The notes under the pieces: model-generated | What the model was told of the DNA's origin: nothing | The model's input: only the letters and a program-made list of their open reading frames with translations | Databases searched by the model: none | Virus record (IMG/VR): IMGVR_UViG_3300026382_000018 | Span: 1 to 58,829 of that record | Length of the DNA stretch: 58,829 nucleotides | Reading direction: 5' to 3' (one strand) | Origin: a virus | Lineage: Duplodnaviria > Caudoviricetes | In this document: positions 1 through 9,493 of the stretch, piece after piece | How the letters are laid out: each line of letters begins with the position of its first letter | Position numbering within the stretch: position 1 is the first letter of the stretch | Made by a program: the position numbers and the translations under genes

Positions 1-207
1 TTTCCACTTATAAGTAACTTTGTAAGTCATTTTCGTTCCTGTTTTCCATACTTTTTTAACTTTCCCAAGAACTAACCTATCATTTTCAATATCATAAGAG
101 TAAACATAAAAGTCCTTCTTTCCCACTAATTCTCTTATAGGTATTCCTTTTGGATATTTTGATACATCCCTAAAAGCAACTTCTATTAATGTATCTCCAG
201 AAACACA
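1..207 (-). mobile_element. intein N-terminal splicing region (truncated by window edge)
   Basis: Block-A-like CVSGDTLIEV starts at codon 43, followed by Hint-type IPIRELVG...YVYSYD...GKVKKVWKTGTK.TYKV. Confidence 0.8.
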
Positions 208-333
208 CCCAGAAGCTTCTCCTAGTAGTATCATTTTAGGGTCTTTAAAATTCCCTCTTGGTTTGACAAAATGAGATTTACATTGTTTATAGAGACCACA
301 TAATTTACATCTTTCTGGTATTTTTTCTTTCAT
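1..333 (-). CDS. N-terminal part (runs off window) of a family-4 uracil-DNA glycosylase domain protein interrupted by an intein; possibly the UDG-fused N-terminus of an SPO1-type family A DNA polymerase
   Basis: Not in ORF track. Hand translation from ATG 333 (RBS AGAGGT): MKEKIPERCKLCGLYKQCKSHFVKPRGNFKDPKMILLGEASG-CVSGDTLIEV...; CxxC Fe-S ligands and a GEAxG motif A are typical of UDG family 4. Confidence 0.75.
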   Translation of the reverse strand, partial: MKEKIPERCKLCGLYKQCKSHFVKPRGNFKDPKMILLGEASGCVSGDTLIEVAFRDVSKYPKGIPIRELVGKKDFYVYSYDIENDRLVLGKVKKVWKTGTKMTYKVTYKWK

Positions 334-463
334 TCTTTCTACCTCTTTTTGAAAGATTATAAAACTCTACAAATTCAACTCTTCCACAAATAGGACATAT
401 AAATGACATTCCTTGTTTTTCTTTGAATTCTGCCATCTGACTTCCACATCTTTTACAAATCAT
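305..463 (-). CDS. 52-aa zinc-ribbon protein
   Basis: Not in ORF track. MICKRCGSQM...FICPICGRVE has two CxxC pairs; GGAGGTGA upstream; fills the gap between neighbours. Confidence 0.7.
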   Translation of the reverse strand: MICKRCGSQMAEFKEKQGMSFICPICGRVEFVEFYNLSKRGRKNERKNTRKM

Positions 464-464
464 A

Positions 465-716
465 TTACAACTTCACCTCCAAATGATAGTTTCTATTTTC
501 AGGTTGAATTAAAATTCTGTTTCCATCTAGATAAACATACCATACTTGAGTTTCAAACTCGATAGGTATCCATAGCTCACTAATTCGTATCCTTCCTAAC
601 TTTGCTTCAATGTCAACTTGGTCGTCTTGAATTTTCTTTAATAAGTTTTTCATTTTGAATTTTTGTGCCACTCTTACTAAAGTCGATCTTACGAAATCGC
701 AACATTGAACTTTCAT
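465..716 (-). CDS. hypothetical protein
   Basis: ORF with AAGGAGG RBS, in operon context. Confidence 0.7.
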   Translation of the reverse strand: MKVQCCDFVRSTLVRVAQKFKMKNLLKKIQDDQVDIEAKLGRIRISELWIPIEFETQVWYVYLDGNRILIQPENRNYHLEVKL

Positions 717-940
717 ACTATTTCCTCCTTTTCCATGAAATCTAAAATAGTTTCAATTGCTTTTTCAATGTTGGAAGTTTCAAAGTCTGTTATCAGTATC
801 TCAAAATCAGAAAATGTAGCGTTATAACTTATAAAAATCTTGTTTAACAAAGAATTAAATTTTTCATCTTCAAATAAAAGTAACCCTACAGGTTGATCTA
901 ATAGTATTTGAACCTTATTGTTGAAAACATTTATCTCCAT
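713..940 (-). CDS. hypothetical protein (likely start ATG 940)
   Basis: GGAGGAG RBS before ATG 940 (MEINVF...); the upstream ORF-track extension overlaps a promoter. Confidence 0.7.
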   Translation of the reverse strand: MEINVFNNKVQILLDQPVGLLLFEDEKFNSLLNKIFISYNATFSDFEILITDFETSNIEKAIETILDFMEKEEIV

Positions 941-975
941 TATTCTCCTCCTTAATTTACTTTTATTTTTAGTTA

Positions 976-1004
976 AATATAACATATTTTCCAAAAAATA
1001 TCAA
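976..1004 (-). promoter_or_regulatory. sigma70-type (early) promoter
   Basis: TTGATA-17 bp-TATATT with TG extension; closely similar to the promoter at 58301-58328. Confidence 0.7.
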
Positions 1005-1019
1005 GTATTTTAGAAAAAC

Positions 1020-2312
1020 TTATTGAATTTCTCCAATATACATAGTTTCTAAATTCCTTTTAAGAGGTATTCTTATACCTGATTTCCCACGTCTATTAAA
1101 CCCTAAATAAAAATACCCTTCAACTGCTCCTGTTTTGAAATTTAAACTGGAGATAGACCAACTTCTATGGGCTTTCCTTGCTGAATGAGCAAGATCATGA
1201 GGTTCTATTACTTCGCCTTTGTCAGGTTTATTCCAAGCATCCCTAACTGGTTGTGAAAAAGTCAAAATTGGAACTTGCCATTTTACTGCTAGATTAATCA
1301 AATCTGAATAAATATCCCCTGAGCTTTCGTAAAGCGAATCATTTTTACCTGAAGTAGGAATAAGACAATCATCATAATCTATTATAATGAAATCAGGTTT
1401 CCAGTTTTTAATTGCTTTTTGTCTAATAAGCCACGAATGTATATCAGTAGTAGTAGCTGATTTTTCAGGATAGTAAAGAACAAATAAATTGTCTTTAAGA
1501 ACTTGTGAAAACACTTTCTCTTTAAGCATACCCCATTCATCCTCATTAAGCCTTAAAATATCTGAATATGAAATTCCTCCGATTCTTTGAATATATCTCA
1601 TTAAAACTTCGTAATGAGTAAGTTCTAATGTAACATGCAACACTCGTTTTCCTAACATAGCGTTTACAGCACCAACATTAACTCCAAGTGCCGATTTTCC
1701 AGCTTTCGGTGGTGCTTGAACAACATGAATTTCACCAGGAGCAAAACCACCGTGAAAAATGTTGTCAAGTGTTGGAAAGCCAGTTGAAACGAGCACCGAA
1801 GGTGAATACCTTCTTATGAGCTCTTCTCTCACTTGATCTAAATCTTGAAAACTAACTGCATTATAACTTGAAGCACCTATCGATGCGATATACTCAAATT
1901 TATTCAGAACATAATCAATTTTCCCTTCCATAACATAACGCGGTAAATCAGGAAGAAGTTCTTTTATTTCTTTTTCTTTAAGAAACTTTACTACACGCTC
2001 CTTAACATAATTTACATCTACTGTTTCTTTGAATAATCTTTTGGCTTCTTGCAATACTTCTTTTGTGTCTTCAATTGCAAGTTGAGACAATCTATTTGAA
2101 ACTTCAACTAAAAATTGAGAAGAATTAAATGTTTCTTCAGATGCAAGTTCTTGCAAAATTTGAAGAAAAAGATTATATGGAAATTCAAACATTGGAGGCT
2201 CTAAAAGCATTAAAAAATCGAGCCTAAAAAGTGCATCTTGAACTAAAGCTACTAAAACCTGAAATTGAAATTGAGGTGAATAAAGCTTAGCTGTTGTAGG
2301 TTGTGCTAACAT
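1020..2312 (-). CDS. replicative DNA helicase (DnaB/T4 gp41-like, SF4)
   Basis: STGFPTLD, Walker A APPKAGKS, HVTLE, IIIDYDD, TFSQ motifs. Confidence 0.9.
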   Translation of the reverse strand: MLAQPTTAKLYSPQFQFQVLVALVQDALFRLDFLMLLEPPMFEFPYNLFLQILQELASEETFNSSQFLVEVSNRLSQLAIEDTKEVLQEAKRLFKETVDVNYVKERVVKFLKEKEIKELLPDLPRYVMEGKIDYVLNKFEYIASIGASSYNAVSFQDLDQVREELIRRYSPSVLVSTGFPTLDNIFHGGFAPGEIHVVQAPPKAGKSALGVNVGAVNAMLGKRVLHVTLELTHYEVLMRYIQRIGGISYSDILRLNEDEWGMLKEKVFSQVLKDNLFVLYYPEKSATTTDIHSWLIRQKAIKNWKPDFIIIDYDDCLIPTSGKNDSLYESSGDIYSDLINLAVKWQVPILTFSQPVRDAWNKPDKGEVIEPHDLAHSARKAHRSWSISSLNFKTGAVEGYFYLGFNRRGKSGIRIPLKRNLETMYIGEIQ

Positions 2313-2333
2313 CTTACCCTCCTCGTTTTAATT

Positions 2334-3221
2334 CTAAAAATCAATAAGTTTTGCAACTAAAGATTTAAATCCATACTTTTGAAGTTTCTGAGTAGCACCT
2401 ATCAAATCAAAAGTTGGAAACTTCACCTTGATATCTAAATTTGACAAATCTACAAATTTAAAATCAATAAGCTTCAAATTTCTTTCAACAATCTCTATGT
2501 TTTGTATAATTCTTTTTGCCCAAGATTCTTTCTTTGTCTTTAATAAACGAATTAACTCTAAAATTTCAGGCTCTAAATTTCTTTTATACATCTCTTGAAC
2601 AATTTGAGTAGCTCTTTTGTTCCCAATTCCTTTTATTCCTGGAATATTGTCAGATACATCTCCCATCAAAGCTTTTTTGAGAGTTAGATATTTTGGATGA
2701 TAACCAAACTTATCAATAAAATCGTTTGCTGATTCATAAAACTCACCTTTCATAGGTCTATGAATTTTTACATTCCACTGCAATAACTGAAGATAATCTT
2801 CATCGTCAGTATGAACTATTGATTTATTTTGGTAATGTTTTGTAGTAAGCCAGTAAATAATGTCATCTGCTTCTTGTCCAGGGATTTGAACTATTGCTAT
2901 TCCTAAGGCGAGTAAAATTTCTTTGAGGATTTTCTGAGTTATTTTAAACTGATTTTTGAAATTCTCATCTAGCTCTTTTTTAACTTTGTAACTCTCAAGT
3001 AATTTCTTTCTCCTTTGTGAATGCCCTCCATCAAATACAACAATTGTATTTTTGATATTATTAAGCGAAAACAAAACTCTTAAAAAGATAAACGCTCCTC
3101 CTGTAAATAAACCATTATAAGTTAATCCCTGTCCTTTGTGAATGCTTCTATGAATCAAGTAATTTCCATCTATAAAATGATAAACCATACTAGTTTCCTC
3201 CTTAGATTTTATTGAGCTCAA
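2334..3221 (-). CDS. 5'-3' exonuclease / flap endonuclease (PolI 5'-exo, T4 RNase H-like)
   Basis: IDGN, VFDG, YK, EADD, DEDYLQL and helix-hairpin-helix GDVSDNIPGIKGIG motifs. Confidence 0.93.
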   Translation of the reverse strand: MSSIKSKEETSMVYHFIDGNYLIHRSIHKGQGLTYNGLFTGGAFIFLRVLFSLNNIKNTIVVFDGGHSQRRKKLLESYKVKKELDENFKNQFKITQKILKEILLALGIAIVQIPGQEADDIIYWLTTKHYQNKSIVHTDDEDYLQLLQWNVKIHRPMKGEFYESANDFIDKFGYHPKYLTLKKALMGDVSDNIPGIKGIGNKRATQIVQEMYKRNLEPEILELIRLLKTKKESWAKRIIQNIEIVERNLKLIDFKFVDLSNLDIKVKFPTFDLIGATQKLQKYGFKSLVAKLIDF

Positions 3222-3579
3222 TAAACTTACAAATTAAATCATACGCAACTTCTTTAAGAGTTTCAGTTTCTTCATCTGTTAAATCTAAAAGCTCTATTAA
3301 TTGAGATAGCTTACATAAAGAATATTTTCTTCCTTTTCCAAAAATGTTTGCAATAAGATAATTTTCGTTGTTGTTAGGATCCATTCTAACGAAAATTCCA
3401 TCATAAATATATTTCTTTCCGTTTCTAATCACATAAAGTAAATCATTATACTCAAAATATTTATCTTTAAGAACCTCTTTTCCTGGAAGAGAGAAAGCAA
3501 AAGAAGTGTGATATGCGTCATCGTCATAAGTAATAGCATAAATACCTTTATCAGTTATTGTCATTAATAGTGATAACAT
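3202..3579 (-). CDS. hypothetical protein
   Basis: ORF with GGAGG RBS. Confidence 0.65.
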   Translation of the reverse strand: MLSLLMTITDKGIYAITYDDDAYHTSFAFSLPGKEVLKDKYFEYNDLLYVIRNGKKYIYDGIFVRMDPNNNENYLIANIFGKGRKYSLCKLSQLIELLDLTDEETETLKEVAYDLICKFIELNKI

Positions 3580-3632
3580 CTAAACCTCCAAGCTATTAAG
3601 TTTTTCAAAAAGTTTCTTTACACCTTAAAACT

Positions 3633-4346
3633 TCAATCATTTTGTATTTCCTCCAGCAATCTTTTTACTAAACTAATAAAAGACGGTTCATACTGATTTC
3701 CGTTTCTGACAACTTCACAATGAACTTTCAAAGTGTCTGTAAAAGACTCTGAAGAATGGTTATAATTTTCATTTTCATCTGATTTAATTCTAAGCTTAAA
3801 AACTTTAAATAAAGGATAATCATATCTTTTGTAAGTTAACTCTAAATCTTCGTTTGGAAATCTAAAATCATCAATGAAAACAATATCAATAATACCAACT
3901 AACTTCTCAACTTGATTTACTAAATAACTAACAAAAAACGATGAATTAATATTTCTGATAATTTCAGTTCCGATAGTTTGTGCAAATAACCGAAATCCTT
4001 CCTTATAATTTCTTTTCTTGAAATAAAGATAAAATGCTTCCTCTAGTATATTTTTATGAAGCTCAATATATTTTGAAAGCTCGTAATCATCAATATAAGT
4101 GTTGTGATAAATTAAAAAATTCTGAAGACTATTTTTCAAATCCTGTAAGAAAAGATCAAAGCTCTCAAATTCTATTTCTAGAGGGAAAGATTTTGTTATT
4201 CCAAGTTTTCTTAAAAACTTTTTGAGTGGAGATGCAAAGGATAGAAATGCTGAAGAATAACCTAAATTAGCTAGTTCTTTAGAAAGAAGACGAGCCAGAG
4301 TGGTTTTCCCAGCCCCAGCTCGTCCAGTAATTTCAATTACTACCAT
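3633..4346 (-). CDS. deoxynucleoside monophosphate kinase
   Basis: ITGRAGAGKTT, SFASPLK, QTIGTE.IR, IDDFRFPNE, HSSE motifs. Confidence 0.9.
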   Translation of the reverse strand: MVVIEITGRAGAGKTTLARLLSKELANLGYSSAFLSFASPLKKFLRKLGITKSFPLEIEFESFDLFLQDLKNSLQNFLIYHNTYIDDYELSKYIELHKNILEEAFYLYFKKRNYKEGFRLFAQTIGTEIIRNINSSFFVSYLVNQVEKLVGIIDIVFIDDFRFPNEDLELTYKRYDYPLFKVFKLRIKSDENENYNHSSESFTDTLKVHCEVVRNGNQYEPSFISLVKRLLEEIQND

Positions 4347-4359
4347 TTTGACCTCCTTC

Positions 4360-4929
4360 TTAAATTCCTGTAGAACCGAATCCTTTTGAACCTCTCAATG
4401 ATGGATTTATATTCTCCCAGTTAACATAAAGTTTTCTACTTACACAATAATAAATAGGAATGTTTTCGTGTGGCACAAAAGCAGTTCTCAAAATTATAGC
4501 TTGAGCCAATCTAGTACCTTTTGGAATTTTAATTGCATCAGGAAGATTTTTTATATCCTTATAACCTTCAAAGTAAACATAAGCGTCTCCACAAATTCTC
4601 AATATAACTCCTATATCACCTCTGTAAGAGCTCTCAACTGTTCCTGGACTATTAGCAATTACAAGAGGAGTGTTTAAAGATAGTCCGCTTCTTGGAACTA
4701 CGAATATAAAGTAACCAGAAGGAGCAGACCATTTACATCCAGTTGGAACTACTTTAGTTTGATATTCATTTAAAATAACTTCTTCCTTTGCTTTCAAATC
4801 AAATCCTGTATGCATTTCAGAGTTGAAATCAGGAACACAATCTTTACTTTCAAAAATCAAGAGGATACATCTTTCATTATTTTTAATCTTTTCAAGAACT
4901 TCTTTTTCTGAAATTTGCTTAACAACCAT
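4360..4929 (-). CDS. dut: trimeric dUTPase
   Basis: GFDL, VPTG, PRSG, NSPGTVESSYRG, RLAQ, RGSKGFGSTG; start 4929 has GGAGGGT RBS. Confidence 0.92.
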   Translation of the reverse strand: MVVKQISEKEVLEKIKNNERCILLIFESKDCVPDFNSEMHTGFDLKAKEEVILNEYQTKVVPTGCKWSAPSGYFIFVVPRSGLSLNTPLVIANSPGTVESSYRGDIGVILRICGDAYVYFEGYKDIKNLPDAIKIPKGTRLAQAIILRTAFVPHENIPIYYCVSRKLYVNWENINPSLRGSKGFGSTGI

Positions 4930-4939
4930 TTTACCCTCC

Positions 4940-5200
4940 TTAATCATTTATCATTTCCAAAACAGAAAATCCTAATTGTCTTAACACTTCGATTTGAAAT
5001 TCAGAAGCTTCAACAATTACATTCTTATCGTATTTTTCAAGAATTTGAAAAACATTATTCTTTATTGTCTCTAAATCTTTTTCGTTTTTAATCTTTACAA
5101 GATACTTTTTCATTTTCTTCCTCCTTTTGTTTTTTATAACTTCTTCTTTTAATCTGAACATATCCATTAAACCAATAACTGGATTTATAGGAGTTACCAT
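4940..5200 (-). CDS. hypothetical protein (second strong RBS/ATG at 5113)
   Basis: AAGGAGG precedes both ATG 5200 and ATG 5113. Confidence 0.6.
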   Translation of the reverse strand: MVTPINPVIGLMDMFRLKEEVIKNKRRKKMKKYLVKIKNEKDLETIKNNVFQILEKYDKNVIVEASEFQIEVLRQLGFSVLEMIND

Positions 5201-5210
5201 AATGACCTCC

Positions 5211-5435
5211 TTACAAATCGATTACTGAAGTTCTAAGCCATTCGTATGCCTCTTGTTCTGAATTAAATTTTGGAGAATAATAAACATCTTGACTTGCTTC
5301 ACTGTCATATAAAATGGTATACACTTTCCAAAAATACTTTTCTTTTTCGTTTATTAACTCTATACACTCAACATGTAAAAGATTGACCATAATGTTTCTT
5401 CCGCAGTTTGCTCCTAAGCCTTTTAAAAACTTCAT
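5211..5435 (-). CDS. hypothetical protein, first gene after a phage-specific promoter
   Basis: AAGGAGGAG RBS. Confidence 0.7.
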   Translation of the reverse strand: MKFLKGLGANCGRNIMVNLLHVECIELINEKEKYFWKVYTILYDSEASQDVYYSPKFNSEQEAYEWLRTSVIDL

Positions 5436-5459
5436 CTCACTCTCCTCCTTTAGTTTTCT

Positions 5460-5500
5460 ATTTCTATTAAAAATAGACTTAACTTCTTGAAAAATTCAGG
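5460..5500 (-). promoter_or_regulatory. phage-specific promoter motif, copy D
   Basis: CCTGAATTTT-N11-AGTCT...TTAATAG; same spacing as copies at ~11880, ~15565 and ~16363. Confidence 0.65.
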
Positions 5501-6480
5501 TAATTTTTCAAAATATTTGGCTCAAAAAGAACAACTGAAGCTAAATCTTGTTTAATCGCTTTCTCGAGAAAATAAGGGAATTTATCTTTAACAGAATCTA
5601 CATCATAACCTTGAGGAAGAAAAACAGGAAATACTTTACAACCTTTTATAAGAAATTTCATAATACTTTTTTGCCACTCTTCAATTGTTAAATCTGAATC
5701 TAATGCTAGATAAACAGTTTTAACTCCATTTTCAACGATAATATTTACTTGCTCATCAGTTATTTCTTTTCCTAATGTCGCAACGCTATATATTCCAGTA
5801 GTTCTTTTAGCATTAATTGCATCAAATATACCTTCACAAACTATAATTTCAGAAGTTCTAAAAGTTCTTGACGGAAAAAGTTTGTCTCTACGACTTCCTT
5901 TGGAATTTAAATACTTAGGTTCTTGCCCTGTATAACTTCTTCCAACAACATATATAACCTGATTATTTTCAAAAAACGGAAACAGAACTCTTCCTTTCCA
6001 TTTTCTTATAATTTTGTTATCAATTTGGTAGGATTTACCAACCCTTATTTGATATTCCTCAATTTCTAAATCACTTAAATTTCTACTTTTAAGATAGTTA
6101 TAAGCTATTGGAGTTAAACTTTTATCAACTTGAATTGAAATAACATCAAGATTAATTACTTCGTTATTCTGAGTTTGTTTTGCAAATACTTGAGAAGAAT
6201 TATCAAAATAACTTAATGCATCTTGAATAACCTCGTTCCAATCACTAAATAAACTTTGCGATTTTCCTGTTAAAATCCTCACAAGTTGGTTTAAACTTCT
6301 AAACTTACCTGAAGCACTACATCTAAAACAATGAAATAACTTCTTTTTTAAGTGAATATACAAATGAAACTTGGTATCAGGTGGTTTTCCAATTTTTTCA
6401 CAGAAAGGACAACATATTTGTATTTCATCTGGATCACTTGGTTTAATCTTGTATTCAAATGGAAAATTTTTGAGATTCAT
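5479..6480 (-). CDS. DnaG-type DNA primase (Zn finger + TOPRIM)
   Basis: CCPFC...HCFRC zinc finger, YLKSR, GR, PKYLNS, VCEGIFD, ALDSD, DVD. Confidence 0.92.
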   Translation of the reverse strand: MNLKNFPFEYKIKPSDPDEIQICCPFCEKIGKPPDTKFHLYIHLKKKLFHCFRCSASGKFRSLNQLVRILTGKSQSLFSDWNEVIQDALSYFDNSSQVFAKQTQNNEVINLDVISIQVDKSLTPIAYNYLKSRNLSDLEIEEYQIRVGKSYQIDNKIIRKWKGRVLFPFFENNQVIYVVGRSYTGQEPKYLNSKGSRRDKLFPSRTFRTSEIIVCEGIFDAINAKRTTGIYSVATLGKEITDEQVNIIVENGVKTVYLALDSDLTIEEWQKSIMKFLIKGCKVFPVFLPQGYDVDSVKDKFPYFLEKAIKQDLASVVLFEPNILKNYLNFSRS

Positions 6481-6491
6481 TTCTTACCTCA

Positions 6492-6962
6492 TCATAGAAG
6501 AGGTTGAATTTTCCCATAAAACACAAGCATTTCAGAATGCTCTTTTGTGCCAAAAGGTAAAAACCTGTCAAAATAATAAATCTGTTTGTCTTTATAAATA
6601 AATTGATAACCTTTTTCATTACAGGATTGAATAAAACTCTTTAAATCATCTTTACTTTTAAAAACAAGCGTAGGAAGCAGAAAAATATCTTTGATAAAAC
6701 TCTCGATTACAAAATTTGAACTCTTTAAAAATTTCTTATCAAGACAACCAGTCCAAAAAAGTCCTATTTGAGTTGGATAATCTTTTATTGAATTTAAAGT
6801 TTCAAGATTATAGTTTTTGTAATGAATAAGTGAAGTTGCTTTATTTTTAATAGCTTCTTGTAAATCCTTTGTTGTTTCGTAAAGTTCATCTATAACTACA
6901 TTTCGTATCCTGTTTAATAAATCATCTGGAAGAAGATACGAAAGACTGAGAAGACTATACAT
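6492..6962 (-). CDS. hypothetical protein
   Basis: ORF in operon, AGGAGG RBS. Confidence 0.7.
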   Translation of the reverse strand: MYSLLSLSYLLPDDLLNRIRNVVIDELYETTKDLQEAIKNKATSLIHYKNYNLETLNSIKDYPTQIGLFWTGCLDKKFLKSSNFVIESFIKDIFLLPTLVFKSKDDLKSFIQSCNEKGYQFIYKDKQIYYFDRFLPFGTKEHSEMLVFYGKIQPLL

Positions 6963-7575
6963 CGTATTCCTCCTTAAGTAAAGATACCACTATCGGACAA
7001 TAAGGTTCTACAAGTTCTAAAACGGCTTTTGCATACTCCCTGATTTCCTTTTGAGCATGTTTATCAAGTCTTACCTTTAAAAAGTTTATAAGACTTCTTA
7101 AATTAACTTGCCAATAAAATACTGTATATAAAGAAACCGGTAAAATTCCACGTGCAACTTCTTTTCTAACTCCACTTTTCACAAGTTTTTCATAAAAGCT
7201 TTTACAATTTTCGCAAAGTTTTATATATTCCTCTTTCAAATTTTCGTTTAGATCTTCTGGTACAAAAAACTCTAGATTATCTTTAACATATCTTCTACTA
7301 ATTTCCTGATAAGAGGCTATCCTATGTCTAAACCACTGACGAGCAACAAAAATAGGACATTTAACCTCAAAAAGAAAATTAACAAATTCGAAAGAAGATG
7401 TAGGATTCCCAGCGTGTTCAAACATTAACTTTTTTAACAAAAATCTTTTCTTTTCTTCATCGAAGTTTTCTATCCTTTTTCCATAACATATAGAAGCAAC
7501 CTTTAAAATGTCGTCTTCCTCATCAGCTTTTAAAAGTTTAATATAACCTTTATCTAAAACTTTAACTTCAATCAT
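6955..7575 (-). CDS. thyX: flavin-dependent thymidylate synthase
   Basis: PIFVARQWFRHR-x7-SRRY signature, EVARGILP, NLRSLINF..R, HAQ.EIR. Confidence 0.96.
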   Translation of the reverse strand: MIEVKVLDKGYIKLLKADEEDDILKVASICYGKRIENFDEEKKRFLLKKLMFEHAGNPTSSFEFVNFLFEVKCPIFVARQWFRHRIASYQEISRRYVKDNLEFFVPEDLNENLKEEYIKLCENCKSFYEKLVKSGVRKEVARGILPVSLYTVFYWQVNLRSLINFLKVRLDKHAQKEIREYAKAVLELVEPYCPIVVSLLKEEYDV

Positions 7576-7587
7576 TTTACTTACCTC

Positions 7588-7986
7588 CTATTTACTTTCA
7601 TTTAATAACTCATTTAACTTTTGTTCCATATGCTTTATCATCATTACCCCAATTTTGTCTCCATCTTTAAAAACTTTTTGAACTGTCTTTGAATTAACTA
7701 CTTTAGGTAAAATATAGATTGTTGCAAATTCCTCAGTATCGGGTATTATGAGAGCAATAATAAATAGTATCAAACCAAATAAAAATGAAATCTTTCCAAA
7801 ACGCAACAGCTTCATTCTGGATCCATCTGTAAAACTTTTAAAAAGAGTGCTTTCATACTCATCTAAAAATGCAATAAACCAAATAAATCCTCCTAATATC
7901 ATTAAAAGAGCTGATGCTACAGCTAAGAAAAATACAATATCATCAAGCTTTAACCATAACCAAACCTCAAAAGAATTCAAATGCAT
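7588..7986 (-). CDS. membrane protein (two TM helices)
   Basis: Two long hydrophobic segments. Confidence 0.7.
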   Translation of the reverse strand: MHLNSFEVWLWLKLDDIVFFLAVASALLMILGGFIWFIAFLDEYESTLFKSFTDGSRMKLLRFGKISFLFGLILFIIALIIPDTEEFATIYILPKVVNSKTVQKVFKDGDKIGVMMIKHMEQKLNELLNESK

Positions 7987-7987
7987 T

Positions 7988-9493
7988 TTATACCTCCTTT
8001 TTACTTCCTGTGTTTTTCAAAGCATTTATTACAAGTTTCTTAAATTCAATTGGATTTTCAATTTCTTCAATAGCTTGCTCTTGATACAATTTTCTCCTTT
8101 TCTTGTATTGAGAATAAAGATATACATGAGACACATCTTTAAAATCAATAATGAAACTAACTCCAGTTGAACCTTTTCTTGCTCCTCTTCCAATTCTTTG
8201 TTTAAGTTTTATTGATGACCTTCCGGCACCAGCCATTATGACAACTCCAATTTCTGGAAGATCTACACCTTCGTCCATTACTTGCGAAGCTATAACAGTA
8301 AGAATTTCTCTGTTTTCAATTTTTCTTTTTAACTCAGAATAATCCATTTCTCCTATGTTAACTAGTCCTCCGTGCTCACATATATAAGTGTTTCCTCCTC
8401 CAAATATACAAATCGATTTATCGTCGTTAAGCATATTTAGAAGCTTTTTACCGTGCTCTAGTCTTTGAACTAGAACAAGAGTTGGAACTTTCCACTCTTG
8501 AAAAAATTTAATCCATTTTATTATTTTCTCATTGCGTTCCTTATTATTAATGATGTGTTTTTCGTATACTTTGTGAAAATTAGTTGGAAATTGACTAAAG
8601 CTTCCTGAAAGCTTTTCAAAATAAACATACATTTTAGCAAGTAATCCTTTCGAAACAAGATATGGCATAGTAACTCTGTAAATTATTCCACCAGTAATAG
8701 CTTGAATAATAGCATCTCCATAATCGTCTTTGACTGATTCTTTAAATGGAGAACCTGAATACCCCAAAATATATTCAGCTTGAGTTGAGTTAATTACAAT
8801 TCGTTTGTATGATTCGGAACGACCATGATGAAATTCGTCAAGTATCAATCCATATAAATCTTTATACCATCTTAGAAACATTAAATTTTCTTCTTTTAAT
8901 GCAATGTTTAAGGAATTTACTATACCTATCGTAATCTGAGAAAGTCTTTTGATTTTACTATAATACATTCCAAGTTGCCTTTTATGAAATCCTCTTTCAA
9001 GAAATCTTTTATATGTTTGTTCAAGTAAAAATTCTGATGGAACAACTACTAAAAACTTTGCATCTGGTTTTTCGTTTTCAAGTATCCACTTGATAGTAGC
9101 AATAAACATTTCAGTTTTTCCTGAACCTGTACAAGCTTCAATAACACCTGTTTTATACAAAATTGCTTTCTTTACACCTATCACTTGATGCTCAAATAAT
9201 GTTATTCCTGGAAGGATATCTGGATTGACATCAATAATTTTTGGTTCGACCCTACCGAGTCGAACTAGCACTGGATAGTAATCTGTCTCAACTTGAAGCT
9301 CATGAGGTATATAATCCTTGATGTAAAAATACATTCCCCAGTATGTCTCAATAGTATTTTTATCTATTTCATTAAATAAGTTATACTGAAGTCCTGTTAC
9401 TTTGTCATTCCAGGTCAAAAGCGATTTGGCTCTCCTAAGCTCAAAAGGAGAGCCAGAAATTAGACATTTTTTGTCTTTAAGAGTTATTCTCAT
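7988..9493 (-). CDS. uvsW: SF2 DNA helicase (UvsW-like)
   Basis: CTGSGKT, DEFHH, GYSGSP, DEGVDLP, QRIGRGAR. Confidence 0.88.
   Translation of the reverse strand: MRITLKDKKCLISGSPFELRRAKSLLTWNDKVTGLQYNLFNEIDKNTIETYWGMYFYIKDYIPHELQVETDYYPVLVRLGRVEPKIIDVNPDILPGITLFEHQVIGVKKAILYKTGVIEACTGSGKTEMFIATIKWILENEKPDAKFLVVVPSEFLLEQTYKRFLERGFHKRQLGMYYSKIKRLSQITIGIVNSLNIALKEENLMFLRWYKDLYGLILDEFHHGRSESYKRIVINSTQAEYILGYSGSPFKESVKDDYGDAIIQAITGGIIYRVTMPYLVSKGLLAKMYVYFEKLSGSFSQFPTNFHKVYEKHIINNKERNEKIIKWIKFFQEWKVPTLVLVQRLEHGKKLLNMLNDDKSICIFGGGNTYICEHGGLVNIGEMDYSELKRKIENREILTVIASQVMDEGVDLPEIGVVIMAGAGRSSIKLKQRIGRGARKGSTGVSFIIDFKDVSHVYLYSQYKKRRKLYQEQAIEEIENPIEFKKLVINALKNTGSKKEV

Noticed and set aside
7748-8342. 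Plus-strand ORFs 7748-8170 and 8151-8342 (also 4034, 4468, 6371, 57588, 57876)
   Set aside because: Antisense shadows of well-supported minus-strand genes, without RBS or motifs
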